Shown: positions 8,378-17,986 of the stretch, piece after piece
Layout: every line of letters starts with the position of its first letter
Position numbering within the stretch: the stretch's first letter is position 1
The notes under the pieces: model-generated
Databases searched by the model: none
The model's input: the letters and a program-made list of their open reading frames with translations, nothing else
What the model was told of the DNA's origin: nothing
DNA from: an uncultured Bacillota bacterium
GTDB lineage: Bacteria > Bacillota > Clostridia > Christensenellales > UBA1242
Reading direction: 5' to 3'
Assembly: GCA_900551705.1 (NCBI GenBank)
Contig: URWY01000004.1
Span: 15 to 64,014, forward strand
DNA length: 64,000 nucleotides
Made by a program: the position numbers and the translations under genes

Positions 8378-8986
8378 ATGAGTGAAATATTATCAGATAA
8401 TGAATTAATAAGCGGTGCAAGAAATGGCAATAATGAATATATTGACATCTTGTTTGCACGCTACAAACCTCTTGCAAAAAAGATTTCAAGGAGATATTTT
8501 CTTGCTGGTGGAGATCAGGACGACACTTTTCAGGAAGCGATGATTGGCTTATTTAAAGGCTTTCAAAGTTATAAAATTTCTTCCAATTCAGACTTTAAAA
8601 GTTTTGCCACTCTTTGCATAACAAGGCAAATTCAAAGTGCTATAAAAAGTGCAAACAGGTTGAAAAATAAAATGCTGACCGAAGCAATAAGTTTGAACAA
8701 TCAAGGTGCTTTCGAGTATGCAGACGATTTAGACGGCGAAGAATATAGTTTTGTTTTGCCTTCAAACTTACCAGACGCAGAAAACACTTTAATTTCAAAA
8801 GAAAATGTTGATGAAATGCTTAAACAAATTAATGAGAATTTAAGCACTCTTGAAAAACAAGTTTTACATTGCTATTTGGAAGGCAAATCATACAAAGAAA
8901 TTGCTATTGCAATTGATAAATCAATAAAGAGTGTTGAAAATGCGCTCACAAGGATAAAATGCAAACTCGCTTTTATAAAAAAGTAG
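8378..8986 (+). CDS. sigH: Sporulation/transition-state sigma factor SigH-like (sigma-70 family)
   Basis: YFLAGGDQDDTFQEAMIGLFKGFQSY...FKSFATLCITRQIQSAIKSANRLKN parallels B. subtilis SigH (SFKAFAELCITRQIITAIKTATRQKH). Region 4 HTH is at the C-terminus. Confidence 0.8.
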   Translation: MSEILSDNELISGARNGNNEYIDILFARYKPLAKKISRRYFLAGGDQDDTFQEAMIGLFKGFQSYKISSNSDFKSFATLCITRQIQSAIKSANRLKNKMLTEAISLNNQGAFEYADDLDGEEYSFVLPSNLPDAENTLISKENVDEMLKQINENLSTLEKQVLHCYLEGKSYKEIAIAIDKSIKSVENALTRIKCKLAFIKK

Positions 8987-9073
8987 CGAAAATTAACATT
9001 TTATTGTTTGGAAATTCGAATTTTATATTGTATAATGTCAAAGCAAATTATAAAATTAACTTAGGAGTTTATT

Positions 9074-10975
9074 GTGAAAAAAAGATTTTTTGGAGTATTA
9101 GCAATTATATTAAGCGTTTGCTTTATGTTCGCTGGTTGCGGGCTTTTGGAAACAGACTTAAACAAGGAGTATGACCAAACCGCTATCGTGGTTGATGGGA
9201 CTATCATAACAAAGAAAGACATTAAAAATGCTTATGATTCATATTTTTCAAGTTATTACAATTCTTATAAAGACCAAGCATTTGATAAAATGATTGAAGA
9301 CTTAATCACAGAGAGATTGTTGCTCAACAAAGCAAATGCAATGATTGCAAATGGTGAAATTGTTTTAACCCCAACAGAAAAGAATTATATCTACGATCAA
9401 ACATTCAAAGCAATTTTAAATAACCTTGAAAATTTTGAAACAGATGCTAAAAAACTTCTTGGTTTACCAACTGATGAAGAAAATTCCGACACTGATTCTC
9501 AATATGTTTACACAAAATATACACCAAATGCAAAAGTCGTATATAATGAAGCAACTGGCAAATATGAAATTAAAATAAGTTTGAAATATCTCGTTTGCAA
9601 AGTTAATGAAGATGGCGAAAACGAATATGAATATGTGGACTCTGCTGAATATTCAACATACACAGAACCAGAAACACTTTTAGATTTTTCTAGTTTTGTT
9701 TATAAAAAGTTAAACAGTGAAAATGCACAAGAAAAAATTGTTGCACAAGAAGCATATAGGCTCTATATTGCAAGACTTTTGAAAAATGAAAAAGACAAAG
9801 GATTATCAACAGACGAAAAAAGCGTTTTTGAAAGAGAGCTTTCAAGAATTTATGAAATTATTTATAAAAACTTTGTAACAACAAAACTTTATCAACACAC
9901 AGCAAAAGATATTAAAATCACAGAACAACAACTTTTAAATTACTACATTTCAAAAGTTGTTGAAAACTACGAAAGATATCAAGAAGACAAAGAATTGTTT
10001 GCAAAAGAAGTTATGAAAAGCATTCGCGAAGCAAACCTTTATGGTTCATATGGTTCAAAGAGTTTCAGCATTGGAGATATATACTATGTTCCAGATATTG
10101 ATGAAACATACTTCATGGTTTACCACATCATAGTTAAATTTACAGATGAACAAGTTGACAGAATTAATGAAGCATATAAAGCATGGAAAGACGGAACAAC
10201 AAGTGAAGCAGATTACAATAAAGTTCTAGAAGAAGAAAAATCAAAAATCAGGCTTAATGAAAGAGATGAAGAAGGAACAATTATTGTTAAGTCGACAGAT
10301 GAAAATGCAAAAACTTTCGACCAAATGCTTGACGAATTAAAAGCGGACCTTGCAGAAGCAACAACAGCAGATAAAAAGGGCGATATCTTTAATAAATACA
10401 TTTATAAGTATTCAACTGATTCTGGTTCACTTCAAATTCAAAAAGACTATTTCGGTGGCGAACACACTAACTGGTATGGTTATATTGTTGGAACAGATAA
10501 CAAAGGTTCTTATTTAGACGAATTTGTTAAACAAGCAAGAGATTTGTATAATAATGGAGCAGGACAACTTGGTGACATTTCAGATAAATTCTATATGGAA
10601 AGTTGGTCAAACGAAACATTAAAAGATGAAAATGGAAATGTTGTTAAAGATGAAAACGAAAAAGAAATCAAAGTTGATAAATTCTCTTATGGCGGTTTCG
10701 ATGTTATGATGTATGCTGGTGCAATTTCAAATCCATTTGAAAGTTTTGATAGTAAAAACTTCTCAGTTGAAGCACTTGGCGACAATGCATTAAAAATACT
10801 TTCAGAAAAAAGACTTGGACTTTGCGGAAATAAAACATTGTTTGATTTAACTTATGAAGGAATTTACTCAAATGTTTACAACAATAAAATAACAGAGCTT
10901 AAAAAAGAATTAAACTCTTCTGCAAATGTTGTTAAATATGAAAAAGTTTATTCTGACCTTAACCCACTTGCATAA
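9074..10975 (+). CDS. Large lipoprotein, PrsA/SurA-like putative foldase (degenerate parvulin-like region)
   Basis: GTG start with AGGAG SD. Lipobox FMFAGC. SurA-N-like start (AIVVDGTIITKKDIKNAY). Functional assignment is weak. Confidence 0.6.
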   Translation: MKKRFFGVLAIILSVCFMFAGCGLLETDLNKEYDQTAIVVDGTIITKKDIKNAYDSYFSSYYNSYKDQAFDKMIEDLITERLLLNKANAMIANGEIVLTPTEKNYIYDQTFKAILNNLENFETDAKKLLGLPTDEENSDTDSQYVYTKYTPNAKVVYNEATGKYEIKISLKYLVCKVNEDGENEYEYVDSAEYSTYTEPETLLDFSSFVYKKLNSENAQEKIVAQEAYRLYIARLLKNEKDKGLSTDEKSVFERELSRIYEIIYKNFVTTKLYQHTAKDIKITEQQLLNYYISKVVENYERYQEDKELFAKEVMKSIREANLYGSYGSKSFSIGDIYYVPDIDETYFMVYHIIVKFTDEQVDRINEAYKAWKDGTTSEADYNKVLEEEKSKIRLNERDEEGTIIVKSTDENAKTFDQMLDELKADLAEATTADKKGDIFNKYIYKYSTDSGSLQIQKDYFGGEHTNWYGYIVGTDNKGSYLDEFVKQARDLYNNGAGQLGDISDKFYMESWSNETLKDENGNVVKDENEKEIKVDKFSYGGFDVMMYAGAISNPFESFDSKNFSVEALGDNALKILSEKRLGLCGNKTLFDLTYEGIYSNVYNNKITELKKELNSSANVVKYEKVYSDLNPLA

Positions 10976-10983
10976 AAATAAAA

Positions 10984-11008
10984 ACACGATTTAAAATCGT
11001 GTTTTTTT
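10984..11008. terminator. Bidirectional terminator
   Basis: Palindrome ACACGATTTAAAATCGTGT flanked by A- and T-runs, between convergent genes. Confidence 0.7.
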
Positions 11009-11011
11009 ATG

Positions 11012-11953
11012 TCATGAAACATTAACTTCTATTGTTTCGCCATTTTGTGCGTCTTGGTAGGTCAACCAATAACCTAAATCTTGTGGTTTATCTGGGTCAA
11101 GTGGCAACCACTGTGCATTTTCCGATAATTCTCTTGGTGGCGCAATATCAAATTGCCCTGGCACGCCATAACTTATAAATTTGAGTTTCTCATCTTCAAA
11201 TATCAAGCCAATAACATAATATTCGCCACTATCTTCATAATCAACCTTTATCCATTTGGAATTTGGTATCACTTCACAAAGGAATGTTTCTTCTGGATAG
11301 CGTTCAAAAAGTGCGTCCAACTGTTCTTTTATTTCTTCATAGAAATTAATATTGTCATCGGCAATCACCGCCTTTGCTACTTGTTTTTGCGTTGTTTTTG
11401 TTTCCACATTTTGTCTTTCACAACCCGCAAAGAATGCTTCACGATATTTACAACAAGCGCATTTATCGCTACCTCCAAGTTCGGCAGATATTGCTCTATC
11501 TATCGCTTGATGTTCGTCATCATCATAATCAATATTTGCAGAATCTAACTTTTGTTCTATCTCTTTTCTAGATAAATCTTTTTCGTCCAATAAATATAAA
11601 TTTTCCGCAAGTCTGAAATCCATAGTTTTTGGCTTTACGCCGTTGCTAGCACCAAGTAAAAGCGGTTTTGCAACGCCACCTGACACATTTATCAATGCAC
11701 AAGTAAATTTGCTTAAATCGCAATCGCATAGCGTGCTAAAAGAATAAACATTTTGACCCAAATCTTTCAAAGCGCTTTTTGTGACCTTGCCATCTGCTAA
11801 AATACCTAATGTTAAAATTCCAACTGGCTTTGCAGAAAAGTTGTAAAGTCTGATTTTACCGCTTATTTCATTTTCTGTTATTTGTAAATTTAAAACTGCT
11901 TTTTCGTTACCACTTTTTAGGCTTGATAAAACAAGTGTTTGCTGATTACGCAT
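11012..11953 (-). CDS. Hypothetical protein (313 aa) with a central Cys cluster
   Basis: Long clean ORF. CACCKYREAFFAGC cluster. C-terminal YYVIGLIFE...ISYGVPG...GYWLTYQDA block. Family not recognised. Confidence 0.65.
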   Translation of the reverse strand: MRNQQTLVLSSLKSGNEKAVLNLQITENEISGKIRLYNFSAKPVGILTLGILADGKVTKSALKDLGQNVYSFSTLCDCDLSKFTCALINVSGGVAKPLLLGASNGVKPKTMDFRLAENLYLLDEKDLSRKEIEQKLDSANIDYDDDEHQAIDRAISAELGGSDKCACCKYREAFFAGCERQNVETKTTQKQVAKAVIADDNINFYEEIKEQLDALFERYPEETFLCEVIPNSKWIKVDYEDSGEYYVIGLIFEDEKLKFISYGVPGQFDIAPPRELSENAQWLPLDPDKPQDLGYWLTYQDAQNGETIEVNVS

Positions 11954-12041
11954 ATTTACACCACCTTCAATTTAATTATATATGTTTAAAAATTTTTATT
12001 TGACAAGAAATTTGTTTAATAAAAAAGCAATCTGTCGAAAA

Positions 12042-12770
12042 TTAGATTGCAATTTTTTCTGCAAGCCAAGTTATAAACTGCTTGTTTGACGGAACTTTGT
12101 TTTGCCTTGTTATATTTGAATATCCCATAATTTCATCATATAATTTTCTATTTTTACAACTATCAATCGCAACAGTTATGGCATTTCTAACATTTCTTTC
12201 AATGTTTATAACTTGAGTGTTATATTTTATTGCAACTTGTGGGTATAGTTTTGAATTAAAAGATTTTAAATTACGCCTATCTTCAATAACATTTACAACA
12301 AGGTCTTTTATATAGCAATATCCTAAATATTTTGTTGTAAGCCCTAACTCGTTTAAATAATCGGCAATTTTATTTTTTATTTCAAATTTTTTACTATCTG
12401 ATAATGCGAATTGTTTTTTCTCTTGAACTTTGTCCATTATTTCAAAAAGGTCTGATGAATAATTGCCCTTGTTGATAACAATTATATTGTCGTCCAAATC
12501 ATAATATTTTTCTGGCGTATAACTTATTATCACATAAGTTGGCATATTGTATTTTTTTGAATCTTTAAATTCTTTATATATTCTTAAATCAAAAGGAATT
12601 GATTCTTCATCATGAAAAACAACTTCTGGCATTGAACGAATGTTTGTTATAATTAACTCTGCTAAATTTCTACAATAAGTTAAATTTGCGTGTTTTTCCC
12701 TACAAATAATTTTTAAAATTTCTCCTAAATTATAATCTTGTTTTGAAAACAAAACTGCACTTTTACACAT
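12042..12770 (-). CDS. Spo0A C-terminal (DNA-binding) domain protein with degenerate receiver-like N-terminus
   Basis: C-terminal half aligns by eye with B. subtilis Spo0A: [28 protein letters not shown] vs [42 protein letters not shown] vs PTNSEFIAMVADKL. The N-terminus lacks the DD acidic pair. Confidence 0.75.
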   Translation of the reverse strand: [242 protein letters not shown]

Positions 12771-12983
12771 GACTACTCCTTTGTAACTTTTCTCATTATA
12801 TCAATATTTTTACAAAATTACAAATATTTTTGTAAAGAAATAGTATATTTTTTACAAATTTATCATTTTTAACGCTTTTTTAATTAATTTTGTCTATTTT
12901 TGTTGAAACTTTTACATAAAAATGATTAAAATAATGTTAAATAAACATTTCCAAATAATGTAAATTTGTGATATATTAACAAT

Positions 12984-13895
12984 GTGAATAGATTATTTGA
13001 AAATTCAAGCGAGTTTAAAAATATAGATTTTTCAATAAAGCAAAACAATTTTCCAAACGCGTTGATTGTTCTATCACCAGATAGTGAAACAAACAAACAG
13101 TTTGTAAAGGAAGTGGCTTTAAGTTCTTTTTGCAATAATCATAATATTTGCGAAAGTTGCGAAGGTTGCGTTAAAACAGAAAAAGGCACAAATCCTGACC
13201 TTTTGTTATATCCTAAAGACAAGGCTTTTCAAGTGTCAGATGCAAAAGAAATTGTTGACAGCGCTATAATGGCTCCAATGATTTTTGAAAATAAAGTTTA
13301 TATTATCAACGATATTGATATTTCAACAATCGCAGCACAAAATAAAATTTTAAAAGTTTTGGAAGAACCCCCAGCATCAGTTAAATTTATTTTAACTGCA
13401 ACTAACGAAACAAAAGTTTTACAAACCATAATGTCAAGATGTGTTAAAATATCATTATCAGCGCAAGACAAGCAAGTTTTGAAAAACTTTATTCAACCAA
13501 AATGCTCTGACGAAGATTTTGATATTGCATATTCTTTTGGAGAAGGCTATCTTGGGAAAATATTGTTTGCACTTGAAAATAAAAGTTTTAAAGAGTTAAA
13601 CTTGCTTGCAGATTCAATAATTTACAACTTAAAATCGAGCAAGCAAATAATTGAATGCAGCAGTAAAATTTCAAAAATTAAAGGCAATTTCCAAATTGTT
13701 TTGAATTTGCTTCAAATTAAATTTAGAAAAATGCTTGGCACAGAAAATAAAGATTATAGCAAAATGTGCATTGTTAGTATTTTGGACGAAATATTGAAGG
13801 TTCAAAAAGAAATTGAAAGCAATGTTTCACAAAACATTCAGGCAGATAATTTGCTTATGAAAATACTTGAATTAAAATACTTATATAGGAGTTAA
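12984..13895 (+). CDS. holB: DNA polymerase III subunit delta'
   Basis: Cys module CESCEGCVKTEKGTNPDL and ILKVLEEPP box. Followed by ricT, as in Bacillus. Confidence 0.85.
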   Translation: MNRLFENSSEFKNIDFSIKQNNFPNALIVLSPDSETNKQFVKEVALSSFCNNHNICESCEGCVKTEKGTNPDLLLYPKDKAFQVSDAKEIVDSAIMAPMIFENKVYIINDIDISTIAAQNKILKVLEEPPASVKFILTATNETKVLQTIMSRCVKISLSAQDKQVLKNFIQPKCSDEDFDIAYSFGEGYLGKILFALENKSFKELNLLADSIIYNLKSSKQIIECSSKISKIKGNFQIVLNLLQIKFRKMLGTENKDYSKMCIVSILDEILKVQKEIESNVSQNIQADNLLMKILELKYLYRS

Positions 13896-13897
13896 AT

Positions 13898-14728
13898 ATG
13901 AAAAAATTTATAAATGTGGTTTTTGACGGCTCACCTGTCAATTATTCTATTGAGTGCGAAGATAACTCTTTAAAGCCTAACGACCTTGTTGTATGCGAAA
14001 GCAGTCGCGGTTTAGAGATTGCAAAAGTTGTTAAATCTGTTTTTGAATCAGAAGAAAAAGAAAATAATTCAGAAGACAATATATTAGAAATTGAAAAAAT
14101 TAAATTCTTAAATAGAGCAACGACTAACGACTTAAATATTTCAAAACAAAATAAAATTGAAGCAGAAAAAGTTAAAGAAACAGTTAAACAAAAAGTCAGC
14201 GAACTTGAACTTGAAATGAAGATTGATGGTGTTGTGATTTCTCTTGACAAAACAAAAATCACAATCTATTTCACATCAGACGGCAGAGTTGATTTTAGAA
14301 ACTTGGTTAAAGAACTTGCAACAAATTTTAAATCTAGAATTGAACTTAAACAAATTGGTCCACGCGATGAAGTTAGATGCATGGGCGGATTTGGTCCTTG
14401 TGGGAAAGTTTGTTGTTGCAAAGAGTTTTTAAATGATTTTGACCATGTCACAATTAAAATGGCAAAAACCCAAAATTTATCACTCAACCCTACAAAAATA
14501 AGCGGTCTTTGCGGCAGGCTTATGTGTTGTCTTGCTTATGAAAATGAGCATTATTCTGAAACTGCATCATTGATGCCAAAAATTAACAGCGAAGTTATGA
14601 CTCCAAATGGCAAAGGCGTTGTTATGTATAACGATTTACTTAAAAGGCAAGTTACTGTCAAATTTGGCGGAGATAATCAAACAGAAATTAAAGTTTATGA
14701 TGTAAACGATATTAAAAAGTTAAAATAA
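13898..14728 (+). CDS. ricT: PSP1-domain protein (stage 0 sporulation protein YaaT/RicT)
   Basis: PSP1 C-terminal signature GGFGPCGKVCCCKEFL...GRLMCCLAYEN. Confidence 0.9.
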   Translation: MKKFINVVFDGSPVNYSIECEDNSLKPNDLVVCESSRGLEIAKVVKSVFESEEKENNSEDNILEIEKIKFLNRATTNDLNISKQNKIEAEKVKETVKQKVSELELEMKIDGVVISLDKTKITIYFTSDGRVDFRNLVKELATNFKSRIELKQIGPRDEVRCMGGFGPCGKVCCCKEFLNDFDHVTIKMAKTQNLSLNPTKISGLCGRLMCCLAYENEHYSETASLMPKINSEVMTPNGKGVVMYNDLLKRQVTVKFGGDNQTEIKVYDVNDIKKLK

Positions 14729-15481
14729 TTGGAGAAAATTTTGTTATTACAAGATAGCGAGAGATTGGACGATTTGCAACTTGGTGATTTAAAAATCATT
14801 CAAGACAAAAATAAATATAATTTTACAAGCGACTCTGCCCTGCTTGCAAATTTTATTTCAACAAAAAAATCAGATAAGTGCGTTGAAATTGGTTGTGGAA
14901 GTGGAGTTATCTCAATTCTTGTCAATCATAAATGCTCACCACAAAAGATTTCCGCATTTGAAATTCAATCTTCAATGGCAGATTTAGCTAGGCGAAATAT
15001 TCAACTCAACAACCTTTCTGACAAAATCGAAATTATAAATGCTCCAATTCAAGAGTTTGAAAAATATATTCAAAAGGCATCTGTTGATGTTATTTTTTCA
15101 AATCCCCCATACATGAAAGTTAACGAGCAAAGTCTGATTAATTCAAGCAAAGAGATAGCAATTTCTAGGCACGAAATAAAGTTAAACTTGCATGATTTAA
15201 TCAAATGTTCGTCCAATCTTTTAAAATTTGGCGGCAAACTATTTTTAGTTCACCGAAGTGAAAGGCTTTCAGAAATTTTTGCAGAAATGCATAGAAATCA
15301 GTTAGAGCCAAAAAGAATGTTTTTCGTTTCACCAAATGAAAATAAAAATCCGAACATAGTTTTAATTGAAGCGCAAAAAGGAGCAAAATCTGGTTTAAAA
15401 GTTTTGCCAACTTTGATAGTTAACGATAAAGACGGCAACTATTTATACACAATTCAAAAGTTATATAAGGAGAATAAATGA
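14729..15481 (+). CDS. SAM-dependent methyltransferase (TrmN6/YabB-like, NPPY type)
   Basis: VEIGCGSGVIS SAM motif and FSNPPYM catalytic motif. Same position as Bacillus yabB. Confidence 0.8.
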   Translation: MEKILLLQDSERLDDLQLGDLKIIQDKNKYNFTSDSALLANFISTKKSDKCVEIGCGSGVISILVNHKCSPQKISAFEIQSSMADLARRNIQLNNLSDKIEIINAPIQEFEKYIQKASVDVIFSNPPYMKVNEQSLINSSKEIAISRHEIKLNLHDLIKCSSNLLKFGGKLFLVHRSERLSEIFAEMHRNQLEPKRMFFVSPNENKNPNIVLIEAQKGAKSGLKVLPTLIVNDKDGNYLYTIQKLYKENK

Positions 15482-16296
15482 TTTACTTTGTTGCTACGCC
15501 TATTGGCAATTTGAAAGACATCACATTAAGAGCATTAGATATTCTGCGTGAAGTGGATATTATTGCTTGTGAAGATACAAGAACTTCAAAAACACTTTTA
15601 GAAAAATATGAAATTAGAAACAAATATTTGATTTCATATCACAAATTTAATGAGCAAGAAAGTTCTGACAACATTATCAAATTAAATAACGAAGGGAAAA
15701 ATATTGCAATAATTTCTGATGCTGGTATGCCTGGCATTTCTGACCCTGGCAACATACTTGCTAAAAAACTTGTTGAATGTGGCATTGAATTTACAGTTAT
15801 ACCTGGCGCAAGCGCTTTAACCACTGCTCTCGTTCTCAGCGGATTTAACTCTCGCAATTTTTATTTTGCTGGATTTTTGCCAGAAAAAATTTCGGATAAA
15901 GACAAATTACTTGCCGAAATTTCAACGCTATCAAGCACTCTTATATTTTATGTTTCATCACATAACATAAAAAAAGATATTAATTATTTGTATAATCAAT
16001 TAGGCGACAGAAAAGCATGTTTAGTTAAAGAACTAACTAAAATTTTTGAAAACAAATATTATTTCAATTTATCTTCTATCCCAGAAATTGACGAGCGTGG
16101 AGAATTCGTGTTAATAGTAGAAGGCAATACAAAAACATTGAATGTGGAAGAAATGTCAATTTCTGAGCATGTTTTGTTTTATATAAATTTAGGATTTTCA
16201 AAAAATGATGCGATAAAAAAAGTTGCTAAAGAACGAAACTTAGCAAAAAATGAAGTTTATATACAAGTTTTAGATTTAAATGTAAATAGGGAATAA
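15478..16296 (+). CDS. rsmI: 16S rRNA (cytidine1402-2'-O)-methyltransferase
   Basis: IYFVATPIGNLKDITLRALDILREVDIIACEDTR and SDAGMPGISDPG motifs. Confidence 0.9.
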   Translation: MIYFVATPIGNLKDITLRALDILREVDIIACEDTRTSKTLLEKYEIRNKYLISYHKFNEQESSDNIIKLNNEGKNIAIISDAGMPGISDPGNILAKKLVECGIEFTVIPGASALTTALVLSGFNSRNFYFAGFLPEKISDKDKLLAEISTLSSTLIFYVSSHNIKKDINYLYNQLGDRKACLVKELTKIFENKYYFNLSSIPEIDERGEFVLIVEGNTKTLNVEEMSISEHVLFYINLGFSKNDAIKKVAKERNLAKNEVYIQVLDLNVNRE

Positions 16297-16303
16297 TATT
16301 TTC

Positions 16304-17953
16304 ATGACGATTTTAGAAAAAATAAAGACTTTGCCAAAAACAAGCGGCGTTTATATCATGAAAGATGATTTAGGTCAAATCATCTATATTGGCAAGGCAA
16401 AAAATCTTAAAAATCGTGTTAGTCAATACTTTCTAAAAAATCAAACCCACAATAAAGTTCGCGCGATGGTCGAAAAAGTTCACGATTTTGACTATTTCTT
16501 AACTCCATCTGAAATTGATGCTCTTGCACTTGAAAGTAATTTGATAAAAGAGCATCAACCTTTCTATAACATTTTGTTAAAAGACGGCAAAGCATTCCCT
16601 TATATTAAAATAGATACAAAAAGCGATTTCCCTCGCGTTGAAATTGTTAGAAGAATTAAAAATGACGGCAGTAAATATTTTGGACCATACATTTCTGGAA
16701 TTAGTATTCATGATGTTGTGGACATTATCAATTATGTTTTTCCAATCCGTAAATGTAAGTTAAATATTGGCAAAGCAACTGTTTCAAGAGAGTGCTTAAA
16801 CTATTCGTTAGGACTATGCTCAGCACCTTGCACTGGCAAAATCAACAAAGAAGATTATTCTAAAATTATTGGTGAAGTTATCGACTTTTTAAACGGCAAC
16901 GATAATTTGGTCGAAACAAAACTTGAAGAGAGAATGAAAAATCAAATTGAAGTTGAGAATTTCGAAGGTGCTATTGAAACACGCGAAAAACTAAAAATGG
17001 TTCAAAAACTCAAAGAAAAAAGTGTTGCAAGTTTGCCAAAAGACATTTCGCTTGATGCTTTTGCACAAGTATCAACAAGTTATGGTGACGCAATTTGCGT
17101 TTTAACTCTTCGAAATGGTAAAGTCCTTGGTGTAAATTGTTTTTATGCCCCAGAAGGCGCAGACAACGAAGATGCTTTATCATCATTTATTGTTCAATAT
17201 TATAGCGGCAACATCACTCCGCCAAAAGAAATAATCACATCAAAAGCGGTGGAAAATACTGACGACATCTGCAAAATTCTTGGCAAAAATATAACAATTC
17301 ATCACGCAATAAAAGGCGTTAAGAGCAAAATTATTGATATGGCAAAAGATAATGCTGTTGAATTTTTACAAAAGAAAAGCAATCTTGAAGAAAGAAAGCG
17401 TCACAACATTTTCTCGGCTCTTGAAATGCTTCAAAAAACTTTAAATCTTTCGAAATTGCCTAATAGAATGGAATGCTACGACATTTCACACCTATTTGGA
17501 GAAGAAAGCGTGGCGTCCATGGTTGTTTTTGAAAATGGTATGCCAAAGAAGAAAGAATATCGCAAATTTAAAATAAAAACTGTTGCAGGCATTGACGATT
17601 TTGCAAGTATGTATGAAGTTTTAACAAGGCGTATTAAACGCTATCAAGAAAATGACGAGTCTTTTAACAAAATGCCCGATTTGATTGTTATAGATGGAGG
17701 AAAAGGTCAACTTTCTTCTGCTGTTCAAGCACTTAAAGACAACAATTTTCATTGCGACATCATTTCTCTTGCGAAAAAATTTGAAGAGGTCTACACCCCA
17801 AATTCAAATATCCCCGTTATGCTTAAACGCGGAAGTCCAGAACTTACCATGCTTCAAAGAATTCGTGACGAAGCACACCGTTTTGCTATCACATTTCATA
17901 GAACTCGCCGCGACAAACGCACTTTTGCTCACGATTTAAAACTTCCTAAATAA
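16304..17953 (+). CDS. uvrC: Excinuclease ABC subunit C (short form, no C-terminal HhH pair evident)
   Basis: GIY-YIG domain (GVYIMKDDLGQIIYIGKAKNLKNRVSQYF), UvrB-interaction region, and endonuclease V-like domain ending RDEAHRFAITFHR. The ORF stops about 20 aa later. Confidence 0.9.
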   Translation: MTILEKIKTLPKTSGVYIMKDDLGQIIYIGKAKNLKNRVSQYFLKNQTHNKVRAMVEKVHDFDYFLTPSEIDALALESNLIKEHQPFYNILLKDGKAFPYIKIDTKSDFPRVEIVRRIKNDGSKYFGPYISGISIHDVVDIINYVFPIRKCKLNIGKATVSRECLNYSLGLCSAPCTGKINKEDYSKIIGEVIDFLNGNDNLVETKLEERMKNQIEVENFEGAIETREKLKMVQKLKEKSVASLPKDISLDAFAQVSTSYGDAICVLTLRNGKVLGVNCFYAPEGADNEDALSSFIVQYYSGNITPPKEIITSKAVENTDDICKILGKNITIHHAIKGVKSKIIDMAKDNAVEFLQKKSNLEERKRHNIFSALEMLQKTLNLSKLPNRMECYDISHLFGEESVASMVVFENGMPKKKEYRKFKIKTVAGIDDFASMYEVLTRRIKRYQENDESFNKMPDLIVIDGGKGQLSSAVQALKDNNFHCDIISLAKKFEEVYTPNSNIPVMLKRGSPELTMLQRIRDEAHRFAITFHRTRRDKRTFAHDLKLPK

Positions 17954-17986
17954 AACTTTATCAACTAAAATTCATATATTATTTTT

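Noticed and set aside
8298-8489. 64-aa N-terminal extension of the tatD ORF
   Set aside because: The extension overlaps sigH on the opposite strand and is hydrophobic junk. The conserved TatD start MLIDIHAH begins at 8297.
12771-12983. Possible Spo0A (0A-box) sites and inverted TTTACAAA/TTTGTAAA repeats upstream of the Spo0A-like gene and holB
   Set aside because: These are only 1-2-mismatch resemblances to TGTCGAA in extremely AT-rich DNA, which is expected by chance.
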